Shown here: in pieces, positions 37,855 through 49,810 of the stretch
How positions within the stretch are numbered: position 1 is the first letter of the stretch
Layout: each line of letters starts with the position of its first letter
DNA from: Squalus acanthias
Lineage: Eukaryota
Reading direction: 5' to 3'
DNA length: 64,000 nt
Assembly: GCA_030390025.1 (NCBI GenBank)
Contig: JASTWF010000322.1
Span: 310,001 to 374,000 of the forward strand
Notes under the pieces: model-generated
Databases searched by the model: none
What the model was told of the DNA's origin: nothing
Seen by the model: the letters and a program-made list of their open reading frames with translations, nothing else
Translations under genes and position numbers: made by a program

Positions 37855-39215
37855 ATCTCCAATTCTGGCCTCTCGCGCATCCCTGATTTCCATCGCTCCA
37901 CCATTGGCGGCCGTGCCTTCAGCTGCCTGGGGCCCTGAGCTCTGGAATTCCCTCCCTAAACCTCTCCGCCTCTCTCTCCTCCTTTAAGACGCTCCTTAAA
38001 ACCGCCCTCTTTGACCAAGCTTTTGGTCGCCTGTCCTAATATCTCCTTATGTGGCTCGGTGTCAAATTTTCATAGAATCGTAGAGATTTACGGCCCATTG
38101 TGTCTGTGCCGGCCGACAAAGAGCCATCCGGCCTAATCCCACTTCCCAGCTCTTGGTCCGTAGCCCTGTAGGTTACGGCACTTCAAGCGCATATCCAAGT
38201 ACTGTTTAAATGCGATGAGGGTTTCTGCCTCTACCACCCTCTCAGGCAGTGAGTTCCAGACCCCCACCACCCTCTGGGTGAAGAAAGTTCTCCTCAACTC
38301 CCCTCTAAACCTTCTCCCAATTATTTTCAATCTGTGCCCCCTGGTTATTGACCTCTCCGCTAAGAAACATAGAAACATAGAAGATAGGAGCAGGAGTAGG
38401 CCATTCGGCCCCTCGAGCCTGCTCCGCCATTTGATGAGATCATGGCTGATCATCCAAACTCAGTACCCTGTCCCTGCTTTCTCCCCATATCCTTTGATCC
38501 CTTTAGCTTTAAGAAATATATCTAACTCATTCTTGAATATATTTAATGACTTGGCCTCAACTACCTTCTGTGGTAGAGAATTCCACAGGTTCACCACTCT
38601 CTGGGTGAAGAAATTCCTCCTAATTTCTGTCCTAAATGGCTTACCCCTTATCCTTAGATTATGATCCCTGGTTCTGGACTCTCCGACCATCGGGAACATT
38701 CTTCCTGCATCTAGTTTGTCCAGACCTGTCAGAATTTTATATGTTTCGATGAGATCCCCTCATATAAATAGGGAAATAGGTCCTTCCTATCTCGGCCCCT
38801 CATAATTTTACACACCTCAATTAAATCTCCCCTCAGCCTCCTCTGTTCCAAAGAAAACAACCCCAGCCTCTCCAATCTTTCTTCATCGCTAAAATTCTCC
38901 AGTCCTGGCAACATCCTGGTAAATCTCCTCTGTACCCCCTCGAGTGCGATCACATCCTTCCTGTAAGGTGGTGACCAGAACTGCACGCAGTATTCTAGCT
39001 GTGGCCTAACTAGTGTTTTATACAGTTCTAGTATAACCTCTTTCTTTCAATTCCTTTCCATATCCTTCTATTCCTTTCTCCCTCATGTGTTTATCCAGCC
39101 TCCCCTTAAATGCATCGACGCTATTCGCCTCAACCACTCCCTGTGGGAGCGAGTTCCACATTCTCACCACTCTCTGGGGAAAGAAGTTTCTCCTGAATTC
39201 CCGATTGGATTTATT
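37855..39215. mobile_element. Cluster of an L2 3' end (plus, 37855-38070) and nested CR1 fragments (minus)
   Basis: L2 3' UTR; CR1 ORFs 38133-38453, 38460-38699 and 38729-38986. Confidence 0.85.
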
Positions 39216-39394
39216 CGCGACTATTTTGGAACGCTTCAAGCCACACACAACCACTGCAGTCCCAATTGACAGGAACACGACAGGAGGCGTTTCTGATATC
39301 GGGCGGAACATTTCTTTCCACCAAGGCCGCACAACACATTGGGAGACCAAAAGGCGGACCGGAGAGCAATGTGGGAAGGGTTGTCCACATGTGA

Positions 39395-40168
39395 GCAATT
39401 CGTCGATGACTAAGTCCAACATCGCCTTCAGTGTGCCAGTGCAGCCTTCGGTCACCTGAGGAAGAGAGTGTTTGAAGACCAGGACCTCAAACCCAGCACC
39501 AAGCTCATGGTCTACAGAGCAGCAGTGATACCCGCCCTGCTGTATGCCTCAGAGACATGGACCATGTAGAGCAGGCACCTCAAAGCACTGGAGAGGTACC
39601 ACCAACGCTGCCTCCGCAAGTTCCTGCAAATCCCTTGGCAGGATAGGCGCACCAACGTCAATGTTCTCGCTCAGGCCAACATCCCCAGCATCGAAGCTTT
39701 GACCACGCTCGATCAGCTCCGATGGACGGGCCACATCGTCCGCACGCCCGATACGAGACTCCCAAAACAAGCGCTCTACTCGGAGCTCCGACACGGCAAG
39801 AGAGCCCCAGGTGGGCAGAGGAAACGCTTCAAGGACACCCTCAATGCCTCCTTGATAGAGTGCAACATCCCCACCGACACCTGGGAATCCCTGGCCCAAG
39901 ACCGGAGCACAAAGTGGAGGAGAAGCATCCGGGAAGGCACCGAACACCTCGAGTCTCTTCGCTGGGAGCAAGCGGAAGCCAAGCGCAAACAGCGGAAGGA
40001 GCGCACGTCAACCCAAGCACCCCCACCCACCCGCCCCCTTCAACCACCGTCTGCCCCACCTGTGGCAGAGACTGTCGGTCCCGCATTGGACTCATCAGTC
40101 ACCTGAGAACTCATTTTTAATGTGGAAGCAAGTCATCCTCGGTTCCGAGGGACTGCCTAAGAAAAAGA
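39395..40168 (+). mobile_element. RTE-clade LINE 3' portion
   Basis: AFGHLRKRVFEDQDLKPSTKLMVYRAAVIPALLYASETW..., LRWTGHIVR..DTRLPKQALYSELRHGKRAPGGQRKRFKDTL and a C-terminal CPTCGRDCRSRIGLISHLRTH. Confidence 0.9.
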
Positions 40169-40239
40169 ATTCCGGTACATCTTCGGTTGGGGCAGGACTG
40201 AGGGTCTCGAGCCCGGCTGCTATTCCATGGGCAGGGTCA

Positions 40240-41162
40240 ATGAATCATTGAATCACAGGAGGAGGTCAGTCGGCCCGTTGTGCCTGTATCGGCTCTAAGA
40301 CAGAGCTGTGCAATTTCGACCCACTCCCCAACTTGTTCCCCACGGCTCTAGAAATCTGTCCTCGTCGACGACACGTCCAATTGTCGGTTAGGTTCCCATG
40401 GAATCTGATTCCATCAACCTATCAGGCAGTGCGTTCCAGATCGTAACAACCCTCTCTGTGTGAAGAAATTTCTCCTCATTTCTCCCTCGAGTTCTTATTT
40501 TAAATCTGTGTCCTCTGGTTACCGAGCCACTTGCCAGAGCAAACAGTTTCTCCCTATCTGTTCTATCGAAGCTCCCTCATAATTTTGACCTCTATTAGGT
40601 CTCCCCTTAACCTTCTCTGCTCTAAGGAGAACAATCCCAGCTTCTCCAGTCTTCTCACATCACTGAAGTCCCTCATCCCTGGTACCATTCTGGTCAATCT
40701 CCCCTTAACCTTCTCTGCTCCAAGGAGAACAACCCCAGCTTCTCCAGTCTCTCCACATCACTGAAGTCCCTCATCCCTGGAACCATTCTGGTCAATCACC
40801 CCTTAACCTTCTCTGCTCCAAGGAGAACAACCCCAGCTTCTCCAGTCTCTCCACATCACTGAAGTCCCTCATCCCTGGAACCATTCTGGTCAATCACCCC
40901 TTAACCTTCTCTGCTCCAAGGAGAACAACCCCAGCTTCTCCAGTCTCTCCACATCACTGAAGTCCCTCATCCCTGGAACCATTCTGGTCAATCACCCCTT
41001 AACCTTCTCTGCTCCAAGGAGAACAACCCCAGCTTCTCCAGTCTCTCCACATCACTGAAGTCCCTCATCCCTGGTACCATTCTGGTCAATCACCCCTTAA
41101 CCTTCTCTGCTCCAAGGAGAACAATCCCAGCTTCTCCAGTCTCTCCACATCACTGAAGTCCC
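40240..41162 (-). repeat. Degenerate CR1 3' end with a 98-bp VNTR (about 40590-41162)
   Basis: About 6 near-identical 98-bp units of CR1 ORF2. Confidence 0.9.
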
Positions 41163-41237
41163 TTGGGTTTGTTAAGTGGGCTGCCTCGCCTCTGTTGGGA
41201 CCTATTACAATTTCAAAATTGGCACTGTGATCAGTCG

Positions 41238-41582
41238 CATAGATGCTGAGAGGCTGTTTCCCCCTGGCTGGAGAGTCTCGAACCAGGGGTCACAGTCTCC
41301 GGATAAGGGGTCGGCCATTTAGGACTGAGATGAGGAGGAATTTCTTCACTCAGAGGGAGGTGAATCTTTGGAATTCTCTGCCCCAGAGGGCTGTGGAGGC
41401 TCAGTCGTTGAGTATATTCAAGGCTGAGATCGAGAGATTTCTGGACTCTCGGGGAATCGAGGGATATGGAGATCGGGCGGGAAAGTGGAGTTGAGGTCGA
41501 AGATCAGCCACGATCTTATTGAATGGCGGAGCAGGCTCGAGGGGCCGAATGGCCGACTCCTGCTCCTAGTTCTTATGTTCTT
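41238..41582 (+). mobile_element. CR1 3' fragment
   Basis: FPLAGESRTRGHSLRIRGRPFRTEMRRNFF followed by the tail. Confidence 0.9.
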
Positions 41583-41748
41583 ACGGCCTTTGTGACCCAT
41601 TAAAATGGAAAACCCCCCCTCTGCCTCCTCAAAGCAATGCTGGATGCCAGGGTCCCCCGTAGAATGACAGAGCACAGAAAGAGGCCATTCGGCCCATCGT
41701 GCCTGTGCCGGCTCTTTGAAAGTGCTGTCCAATTAGTCCCACTGCCCC

Positions 41749-43184
41749 TGTGGAAGTGCATTTTTTGTCTCGGACACACAATGGCTTCCTAGAGACAAAG
41801 GGGGAGAAATTCAGTATCGCCCCGTTTGGGGCGCAATTATCGGCCGGGCGCAAAGATTAGCGCCTGGCACTAATTATCGCCTCTGACTGCAAACTTGACT
41901 TTTATCGCCCCTGGAGGTGATTGGAGCGCTAAATCAGGCGCTACACATCTGTCTTAAGGCGCAAAGGCCGAGGAGCGAGGCGCTACCTCAGAGCGCTGGT
42001 GAAGCTCGTGTGATGTCAGTCAGCAATGGAACACAGACACAATGGCACGGGCCAGTTCTTAAAGGGGATGGTTAATCTTGCTTTCCATCCACATCCTGCT
42101 CATTGCAGCCTTGAATCTCGGCCTGGAGAGACCTGCACATCAAATCTGCTGGAAAGAACAATGGAGAGGACCAGGGAAAGAGCTCAGAGTGCAGCCCCCA
42201 CAGTCTCTGCTAAATCGATACAAGGAAGGGCAAATCAAAATGAACCTGCAAAGTGCTGCTCAGTACCCAAAACTCCTTCACACAACGTTGAATCTCTCCA
42301 GAAGTCTCTCCCTCTCTCTCTCAGAATGCGTAGTTCAAAAATGGCACCAACAATAAAAGGCAGGAAGCGGTCACCTTTAAATAGCGCTCTCCCTTTCCCT
42401 TCATGACTGCAGAACGCTCCCCTCAACCTGTCGTTGCTAGCGTCAGGCGGTAAGGCAGGGGGCGCCACTCAATATCTACTCCGGGGCGTTACCGGGGCGT
42501 TGCGCACTCGACTGATGTCACGATCTGCCGGCGCAGGAGATCGTGGCAGTAGTATTTAGCGCCGCCGCAAAATGTCTAGTTAATTTCGCGAACGGCGCAA
42601 ACTTCGCCGCGCCCAGGCGCTAGATGCTTTGCGCCCCATTAGCGCCCTCTTAAGGCGCTAACGGGAGGCGCAACCAACTGAATTTTTCCCCCAAAGAGTG
42701 ATACAAAATGGCCGACTCTGACTTGTTTGGGAAAAGATAAAGTTGTTATGTTTCTCATGGAGATGAATTTAAACTTGCAGACTATGCTGTCTGCAAAGTC
42801 TTCTAGTACAGAGAAAAAAAAGGCTTCTTCTATTCAACTTGAGATAACCAAGGACTAGTGAAGTAAACAACCAGATGCCTTGGCCTTGGTAGAAGAAGAA
42901 GAACAGATAGATAGACTCCATTTTGTAGAGATTAGCTAGTCTCATCGTAAGGCATTTCTTATGTTTTTTCTTAACTTTTAACTTAGCTTACCTTAAACAA
43001 CATGTCATGTGATATGTAAAGCTTGTATTATCAGTGTATAAGAATGTTCCATTTTCTGTGATTTTTCAGTGTGTCATCGTAGCTATTTGACTACGGTTGC
43101 ATTCTCCTTGCAAGCAAGTAAATAATAAAGCCTTCTTTGACGATACTGTTTCAAAAGTCTTACTCGGATGTCGAAACTTCGACA
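41749..43184 (+). mobile_element. Possible solo LTR interrupted by a MITE
   Basis: TG...CA ends, flanks GCCCC/ACCCC, TATA-like motif near 43037 and AATAAA near 43125. Confidence 0.4.
41800..42692. mobile_element. Non-autonomous DNA transposon, PIF/Harbinger-like
   Basis: TIRs GGGGGAGAAATTCAG / CTGAATTTTTCCCCC, 3-bp TSD AAA, GGCGC-rich subtermini. Confidence 0.75.
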
Positions 43185-43514
43185 ACCCCCCACTGCTCCT
43201 TCCTGAAATATTGCAAGGTCGACAAGGTTGACTGCAACGGGACCGAATCTCAGGCGCCGCGTATAACGGCCGGCCGATCCGATACCGCCCATTTTGCGCC
43301 CCCGCCCGGGACGAATTTCTAGACCGCTGTCTTTTGAAGTGGGGAACGAGTTAAAAAACCATCGCTGGTCGCTCACAGAATGCTGTAAGAGAGACAGTTG
43401 CGAACGTAACAAGCCACACGTCCCTAATGTGTGGTCAAGATAACTGACCTTTGAAGACTAAAAGCAACTCAGTTGAGACATGTTTACCACTTCCGCTGCC
43501 CTTAGGGGTTTGTT

Positions 43515-44240
43515 ATAGAACATAAGAGCATAAGAAATAGGAGCAGGAGTAGGCCAATTGGCCCCTCGAGCCTGCTCCGCCATTCAATAAGATCATGGCT
43601 GGTCTGATCCTAACCGCCAATCTACTATCACAGAACCATCTCCTGCACCTAACAGAATTGGACACACGAAATAGGAGCAGAATCAGGCTACACGGCCCCT
43701 GGGCCCGCTCCGCTACCCACAGGGCCATGACCAATCCGAACCTAGACTCGTGTCCAAATTCCTGCCCGCTCCCCGTAACCCTTAATGCCCTTTACTTCTA
43801 GGAAACTGTCTATTTCTGTTTTAAATTTATTTAATGATGTAGCTTCTACAGCTTTTTGTGGCAGCATATTCCATGGACCTACCACCCTCTGAGTGAAGTA
43901 GTTCCTTCTCATCTCAGTTTTGAAAGAGCAGCCCCTTATTCTAAGACTATGCCCCCTAGTTCTAGTTTCACCCATCATCGGGAACATCCTCCCCGCATCC
44001 ACCCGATCCAACCCCTTCACAATCTTATATGTTTCAATAAGATTGCCTCTCATTCTTCTGAACTCCAATGAGTAGAGTCCCAATCTACCCAACCTCTCCT
44101 CATATGTCCATCCCCTCATCCCCGGGATTAACTGAGTGAACCTTCTTTGTACTGACTCGAGAGCAAGTATGTCTTTTCTTAAGTATGGACACCAAAACTG
44201 CATGCAGTATTCCAGGTGCGGTCTCACCAATACCTTGTAC
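43515..44240 (-). mobile_element. CR1 LINE with duplicated 3' UTR
   Basis: ORF 43742-44251 and a double tail at 43515-43750. Confidence 0.92.
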
Positions 44241-44254
44241 ATCTGGGTCACAAT

Positions 44255-44575
44255 GCTTCCAAGTTATCTTTTAATCAGCGTTCAGCAGTTTGGGCGAATA
44301 TATTGAGTATGTAGCTTACACATGTTTACCTTAGGACATGTAACCCAATCCGTGAAGGTGCATGCGGGCCAAGGTCCAATCAGGTTGCAGGAATGAATTG
44401 TGCATGAGCCTGTCATGTGTATTTTAATGTATAAAAATGTAGTGTTTGCTGTAACAATTTGGAGAAGTCTCCTAGCACGCCAGTAGAGATTGTCTCCCCA
44501 CGGGTGTAATAAAGACAGCTTGACTATCGATCTGAAAACCTTGTGTCGAGTGTTAGTTTAAAATACTCCACAACA
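44255..44575 (+). mobile_element. Possible LTR 3' half
   Basis: CCAAT, TATAAAA (about 44430), AATAAA (about 44508) and a terminal ...CAACA in LTR-like order. Confidence 0.35.
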
Positions 44576-44588
44576 CTTTTGACACGTT

Positions 44589-45085
44589 GGCCCGGAATTT
44601 GCGGTCAGCGGCGCTGCGACGGCGCTCAAAGATCTGGCGCCCTCTGTGCCGCGGATTCCAGCTCTCCCGACCTTGGTTCGAACCTGGCCCCGAATCAAAA
44701 GCGAATCTCCAGCGCCCCAGCGACAGCGACATCGTCAAGCGAGGCCGAGCAGCCCATCACGTTGAAGAATTCTCACGGAGCGCAAACCAGGAAGTAAAAA
44801 GCAGGGACGGTAATTTACATTTTAATCATGTTACAGAGAGCGAAATAAAGATTGGTGCATACACGTAGGATGAAGGTAGAGGCTGAAATATCAGAAACAA
44901 ACTTTTAAAAAAACATTATTTTGAAAACAATGTCATTCTTAGTCATATTAATGGAAAAACTTAAATATAAAATTAGTTTCTCAGGGCCAGAGTGGTTGTT
45001 CAGCAGTCAGTACGCCGATCCGAACCCAGTTACACCTCTTTCAACAAGGGTCAACTTTTTCGGAGGGGTTTAACAGCAATATTCC
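44589..45085. mobile_element. MITE-like fragment
   Basis: Begins GGCCCGGAATTT, similar to the TIR of the 24679 MITE; GC-rich hairpin-prone start followed by an AT-rich core. Confidence 0.45.
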
Positions 45086-45087
45086 AT

Positions 45088-46170
45088 CTAGGAACATAGA
45101 AACAGGAGGAGGCCATTCAGCCCCTCGAGCCTGTTCCGCCATTCAATGAGATCATGGCTGATCTGTGACCTAACTCCATCTACCCGCCTTTGGCCCATAT
45201 CCCCTAATACCTTTGGTTAAAAAGAATCTACCAATCTCCGATTTAAAATTAACAATTGATCTAGCATCGATTGCCTTTTGCGGAAGAGAGTTCCAAACTC
45301 CTACCACCCTTTGTGTGTAGAAGTGTTTCCTAACTTCACTCCTGAAAGGTCTGGCTCTAATTTCCAGACTATGCCCCCTAGTCCTAGAATCCCCAACCAG
45401 CGGAAATAGTTTCTCTCTCTCTCTCTACCCTATCTGTTCCCCTTAATATCTTGAAAACTTCGATCAGATCAACTCTTAACCTTCTAAATTCCAGGGAACA
45501 CGACCCTAGTTTGTGGAATCTCTCCTCGTAACTTAACCCCTAGAGTCCGGGGGTATCATGTTGGTAAACCTACGCTGCACTCCCTCCAAGGCCAATATAT
45601 CCTTCCTAAGGTGTGGGGCCCAGAACTGCTCCCGGTGCTCCAGGTGTGGTCTAACCAGGGCTTTGTACAGCTGCAGCAGAACTTCTACCCCCTTGTATTC
45701 TAGTCCTCTAGATATAAAGGCCAGCATCCTATTAGCCTTTTTGACTATTTTCTGTACCTGTCCATGACATTTTAATGATCGACGTACCTGGACCCCCCAA
45801 GTCTCTTTGGACCGCCATTTTTTTTAGATTTTCACCATTTAGAAAGTGCCCTGTTCTGTCCTTTATAGGTCCAAAGTGGATGACCTCACAATGGACTGCA
45901 TTGCAATCCATTGGCCACAGTTTTGCCCATTCACTTAATCTGTCAATATCCCTTTGTCATTTTATTCTTTCATCTACACTGCCTGCAATGCCGCCTATCT
46001 TTGTGTCATCGGCAAATTTGGATATATGACTTTCTATGCCACCATCCAAGTCGTTAATAAATACTGAGAATAGTTGAGGCCCCAACACAGATCCCTGCGG
46101 GACACCACTAGTCACATCCTGCCAATTAGAGAGTACCAACCCATTATCCCAACTGCCTGCCTCCTGCCAT
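45088..46170 (-). mobile_element. CR1 LINE including RT core motifs
   Basis: [22 protein letters not shown]...SKFADDTK through to the 3' tail. Confidence 0.93.
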
Positions 46171-46244
46171 GTAATAGTGGGCGTTGATGTGAGTTTACAA
46201 TTAGTGTTCCCTCTAATTTATTTTATGGGCCACGCAAGATTCTA

Positions 46245-46962
46245 ACCAGCTCCCTTTGACATTCAACGGCATTACCATCGCCGAATCCCCCACCATCAAC
46301 ATCCTGGGGGGTCACCATTGACCAGAAACTTAACTGGACCAGCCACATAAACACTGTGGCAACAAGAGCAGGTCAGAGGCTAGGTATTCTGCGGCGAGTG
46401 TCTCACCTCCTGACTCCCCAAAGCCTTTCCACCATCTACAAGGCACAAGTCAGGAGTGTGATGGAATACTCTCCACTTGCCTGGATGAGTGCAGCTCCAA
46501 CAACACTCGAGAAACTCGACACCATCCAGGACAAAGCAGCCCCGCTTGATCGGCACCGCATCCACCACCTTAAACATTCACTCCCTCCACCACCGGCGCA
46601 CCGTGGCTGCAGTGTGTACCATCTACAAGATGCACTGCAGCAACTCGCCAAGGCTTCTTCGGCAGCACCTCCCAAACCCACGACCTCTTCCACCTAGAAG
46701 GACAAGGGCAGCAGGCGCACGGGGGAACACCACCACCTCCAAGTCACACACCATCCTGACTTGGAAATATATCGGCCGTTCCTTCATCGTCGTTGGGTCA
46801 AAATCCTGGAACTCCCTCCCTAACAGCACTGTGGGAGCACCTTCACCACACGGACTGCAGCGGTTCAAGAAGGAGGCTCAGCACCACCTTCTCAAGGGGC
46901 AATTAGGGATGGGCAATAAATGCTGGGCCTTGCCAGCGACGCCCACATCGCAGGAACGAATA
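46245..46962 (+). mobile_element. Second CR1-group LINE family, 3' portion
   Basis: Near-identical to the reverse complement of 28722-29410. Confidence 0.87.
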
Positions 46963-46964
46963 TA

Positions 46965-47260
46965 TTTTAACGGGCCGCGTGGCTCGTTCACATTTGCGCG
47001 CGCGTGCCGGGAGCAACCGCTCGAAAGCTGGGGAGCCGACTGCGTGGGCAGAGGGGGAACGTCGGGAGTGCATCGGCGTGGCAGGGAATGAATGAGCGCA
47101 GCGTCAAGATGTGCGCGTTCCTCTACCGCGCCAGTGAAATCCCGGAAGCTGCTGTCAGCTTCGGAGGGGGATTGACATCACTGCCACCGCACAATCCGGG
47201 CCATTGTTGCCAGCTCGATGTGTGTTTGCTAATTGATCGCTTACTCCACCCTGGTGGTGT
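46965..47260. promoter_or_regulatory. Single-copy CpG-rich segment, candidate promoter
   Basis: GCGCGCGCG, CCGGAAG (ETS-like) and TGACATCA (CRE-like) motifs; upstream of ZNF-A on the minus strand. Confidence 0.35.
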
Positions 47261-47361
47261 CTGTCGCTCCCAGCCCAATATCAGTGCTGTGGTATCAGAG
47301 GTACTAAATCTATCGGCCAGCGAGGACAATTGGAAGAGATTCCCTTCTGTGTGTCCAGGGA

Positions 47362-48186
47362 ATATAGCGCCCTTTAACGTAGTAAAACGTCCCAGGGCAC
47401 TTCACAGGAGCGATTATCAAACACAATTTGACCTCGAGCCACATGAGATATTAGGACAGGCGACCAAAAGCTTGGTCAAAGAGGTCGGTTTTAAGGAGCG
47501 TCTTAAAGGAGGAGGGAGAGGCGGAGAGGTTTAGGGAGGGAATTCCAGAGCTCAGGGCCCCAGACAGCTGAAGGCACGGCCGCCAATGGTGGAGCGATGG
47601 AAATCGGGGATGCTCAAGAGGCCAGAATTGGAGGAGTGCAGAGATCTGGGAGGGTTGTAGGGCTGGAGGGGGTTACAGAAATAGGGAGGGGGCGAGGGCC
47701 ATGGAGGGATTTGAACAGGAGGATGAGAATTGTAGGGGCTGGAGGAAGTTACAGAGATAGGGAGGGGGCGAGGGGCCATGGAGGGATTTGAACAGGAGGA
47801 TGAGAATTGCAGGGGCTGGAGGAGGTTACAGAGATAGGGAGGGTTGTAGGGGCTGGAGGAAGTTACAGAGATAGGGAGGGGGCGAGGGCCATGGAGGGAT
47901 TTGAACAGGAGGATGAGAATTGCAGGGGCTGGAGGAGGTTACAGAGATAGGGAGGGGGCGAGGGCCATGGAGGGATTTGAACAGGAGGATGAGAATTGTA
48001 GGGCTGGAGGAGGTTACAGAGATAGGGAGGGGCGAGGGGCCATGGAGAGATTTGAACAGGAGGATGAGAATTCTAGGGGCTGGAGGAGGTTACAGAGATA
48101 GGGAGGAGGGGGCGAGCACAGGGGGTGATGGGCGAACGGGACTCGGTGTGAGTCGGGACACGGGGGCAGCAGGATGACCTCAAGTT
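47362..48186 (-). mobile_element. L2 LINE 3' end with 76-bp VNTR
   Basis: L2 ORF2 end, tandem units and 3' UTR; begins about 10 nt after the ZNF-B stop codon. Confidence 0.88.
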
Positions 48187-48194
48187 GAGGGAAG

Positions 48195-49211
48195 TCAGTG
48201 ATCAGTTGAAGGCCGGTCTTCGAGACGCTGTTGCCCGCAGGGCTCTGCCCGAGCGGGCATCTGGTCTTGGGCGTGGATGCGCTGGTGCCTCCGGAGGCAC
48301 CAGGCCTCGTTGAAGCCCTTCCCGCACTCGGGACACTTGAAGGCCCGGTCCCCGCTGTGGGTGCGCCGATGGCTAACGAGGCTGGAGCGCTTGGTGAAGG
48401 TCTTGCCGCATTCCTCGCAGCGGAAGGGCTTCTCGCCCGTGTGGGTCCTCTGGTGGATCAGCAGGCAGGAGGACTGGATGAAGGCCTTGCCGCAGTCCGG
48501 GCACTTGAAGGGCCTCTGATCAGTGTGCGTGCGCTGGTGAACGGTCAGGCTGTCGGCTCGGGCGAACCCTTTGCCGCACTCCGGGCACTTGTAGGGCCTT
48601 TCGCCCGTGTGGGTGCGGAGGTGCTTGACCAGGCCCGACTTGGCGGTGAACCTCTTACCGCACTCCCCGCACTTGAAGGGGCTCTGGCCCGTCCGAGCGC
48701 ACCGGTGCCTCAGTAGGCTAGGCCTGAGGATGAACTGCTTGCCGCAGCCTGAGCAGTTGAAGGTCTTCTCGGCCCGTCGGATGCACTGGTGGGACGCCAG
48801 GCAGGAGACCTGGGTGAAGCCCTTCCCGCAGGCCCCGCACTTGAAGGGCCTCTCGCCGGCGTGGATGTGCTGGTGGACCATCAGGTTGTAGGACTGGGAG
48901 AACTCCTTGCCACACTGGCAACACCGGAAGGGCCGCTCGCCGGTGTGGATCCGCTGGTGGCGCTGGAGGCTGGACTGGTCGGTGAACTCCTTGCCGCAGT
49001 CCCGGCACTTGAAGGGCCTCTCGCCCGTGTGGACCCGCCGGTGCCTCTGGAGGACCGACCGGTAGCTGAATCCCTTCCCGCAATCGGGGCACCGGAAGGG
49101 CCTCGCCGCCAGGGGTGTCTGCGGGCCCGGGGAGTCCTGGCGGGCCGGGTCCGCGCCGCCAACGCCGTCGCCAGACCCCCGCGACATCCCGTCGCCCGCG
49201 GGGAGGCTCAT
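48195..49211 (-). CDS. Tandem C2H2 zinc-finger protein, 10 fingers (ZNF-B); frame open to 49304
   Basis: Ten CxxC repeats with TGERP/TGEKP linkers. Fingers 4 and 5 lack the last His (HQCIR, HRCAR). First ATG at 49211. Confidence 0.9.
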   Translation of the reverse strand: MSLPAGDGMSRGSGDGVGGADPARQDSPGPQTPLAARPFRCPDCGKGFSYRSVLQRHRRVHTGERPFKCRDCGKEFTDQSSLQRHQRIHTGERPFRCCQCGKEFSQSYNLMVHQHIHAGERPFKCGACGKGFTQVSCLASHQCIRRAEKTFNCSGCGKQFILRPSLLRHRCARTGQSPFKCGECGKRFTAKSGLVKHLRTHTGERPYKCPECGKGFARADSLTVHQRTHTDQRPFKCPDCGKAFIQSSCLLIHQRTHTGEKPFRCEECGKTFTKRSSLVSHRRTHSGDRAFKCPECGKGFNEAWCLRRHQRIHAQDQMPARAEPCGQQRLEDRPSTDH

Positions 49212-49299
49212 GCCCACTCTTCGAGCGAGGAGAACAGTCCGCCCCCGGCTGGCGATACTGGGCGGAGGCAGAGGTGGAGAAGATCGGCCTCGGCCCTGG

Positions 49300-49810
49300 C
49301 TCACTCTCTCATTCTTGAGTCAGAAGGTCGTGAGTTCGAGTCTCCCCACTCCTGAGGCCTGAGCACAAAAATCCAGGCCCACACTCCCCGGTGCCAGTAC
49401 TGAGGGAGCGCTGCACTGTCGGAGGTAGATGTATATACTCTAGGACTCGAGCCCCATAATCCAGGCCCACACTCCCCGGTGCCAGTACTGAGGGAGCGCT
49501 GCACTGTCGGAGGTAGATGTATATACTCTAGGACTCGAGGCCCATAATCCAGGCCCACACTCGCCGGTGCCAGTACTGAGGGAGTGCCGCACTGTCGGAG
49601 GTGCCGTCTTTCGGGACGAGACGTTAAACTGAGGCCCCCGTCGGCCCTCTCAGGTGGATGTAAAAGATCCCACAGTCACTATTGGAAGAAGAGCAGGGGG
49701 GAGTTCTCCCCGGTGTCCTGGGGCCGAGATCTATCCCTCGACCGACATCACAACCAAGCAGGCGATCTGGTCATTATCTCGTAAGTTTGCGGGAGCTTGC
49801 TGTGCGCACC
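49300..49810 (+). mobile_element. DeuSINE with three 88-bp units, head-to-head with ZNF-B
   Basis: GAGTCAGAAGGTCGTGAGTTCGAGTC head, tandem units, Deu domain. Confidence 0.87.
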
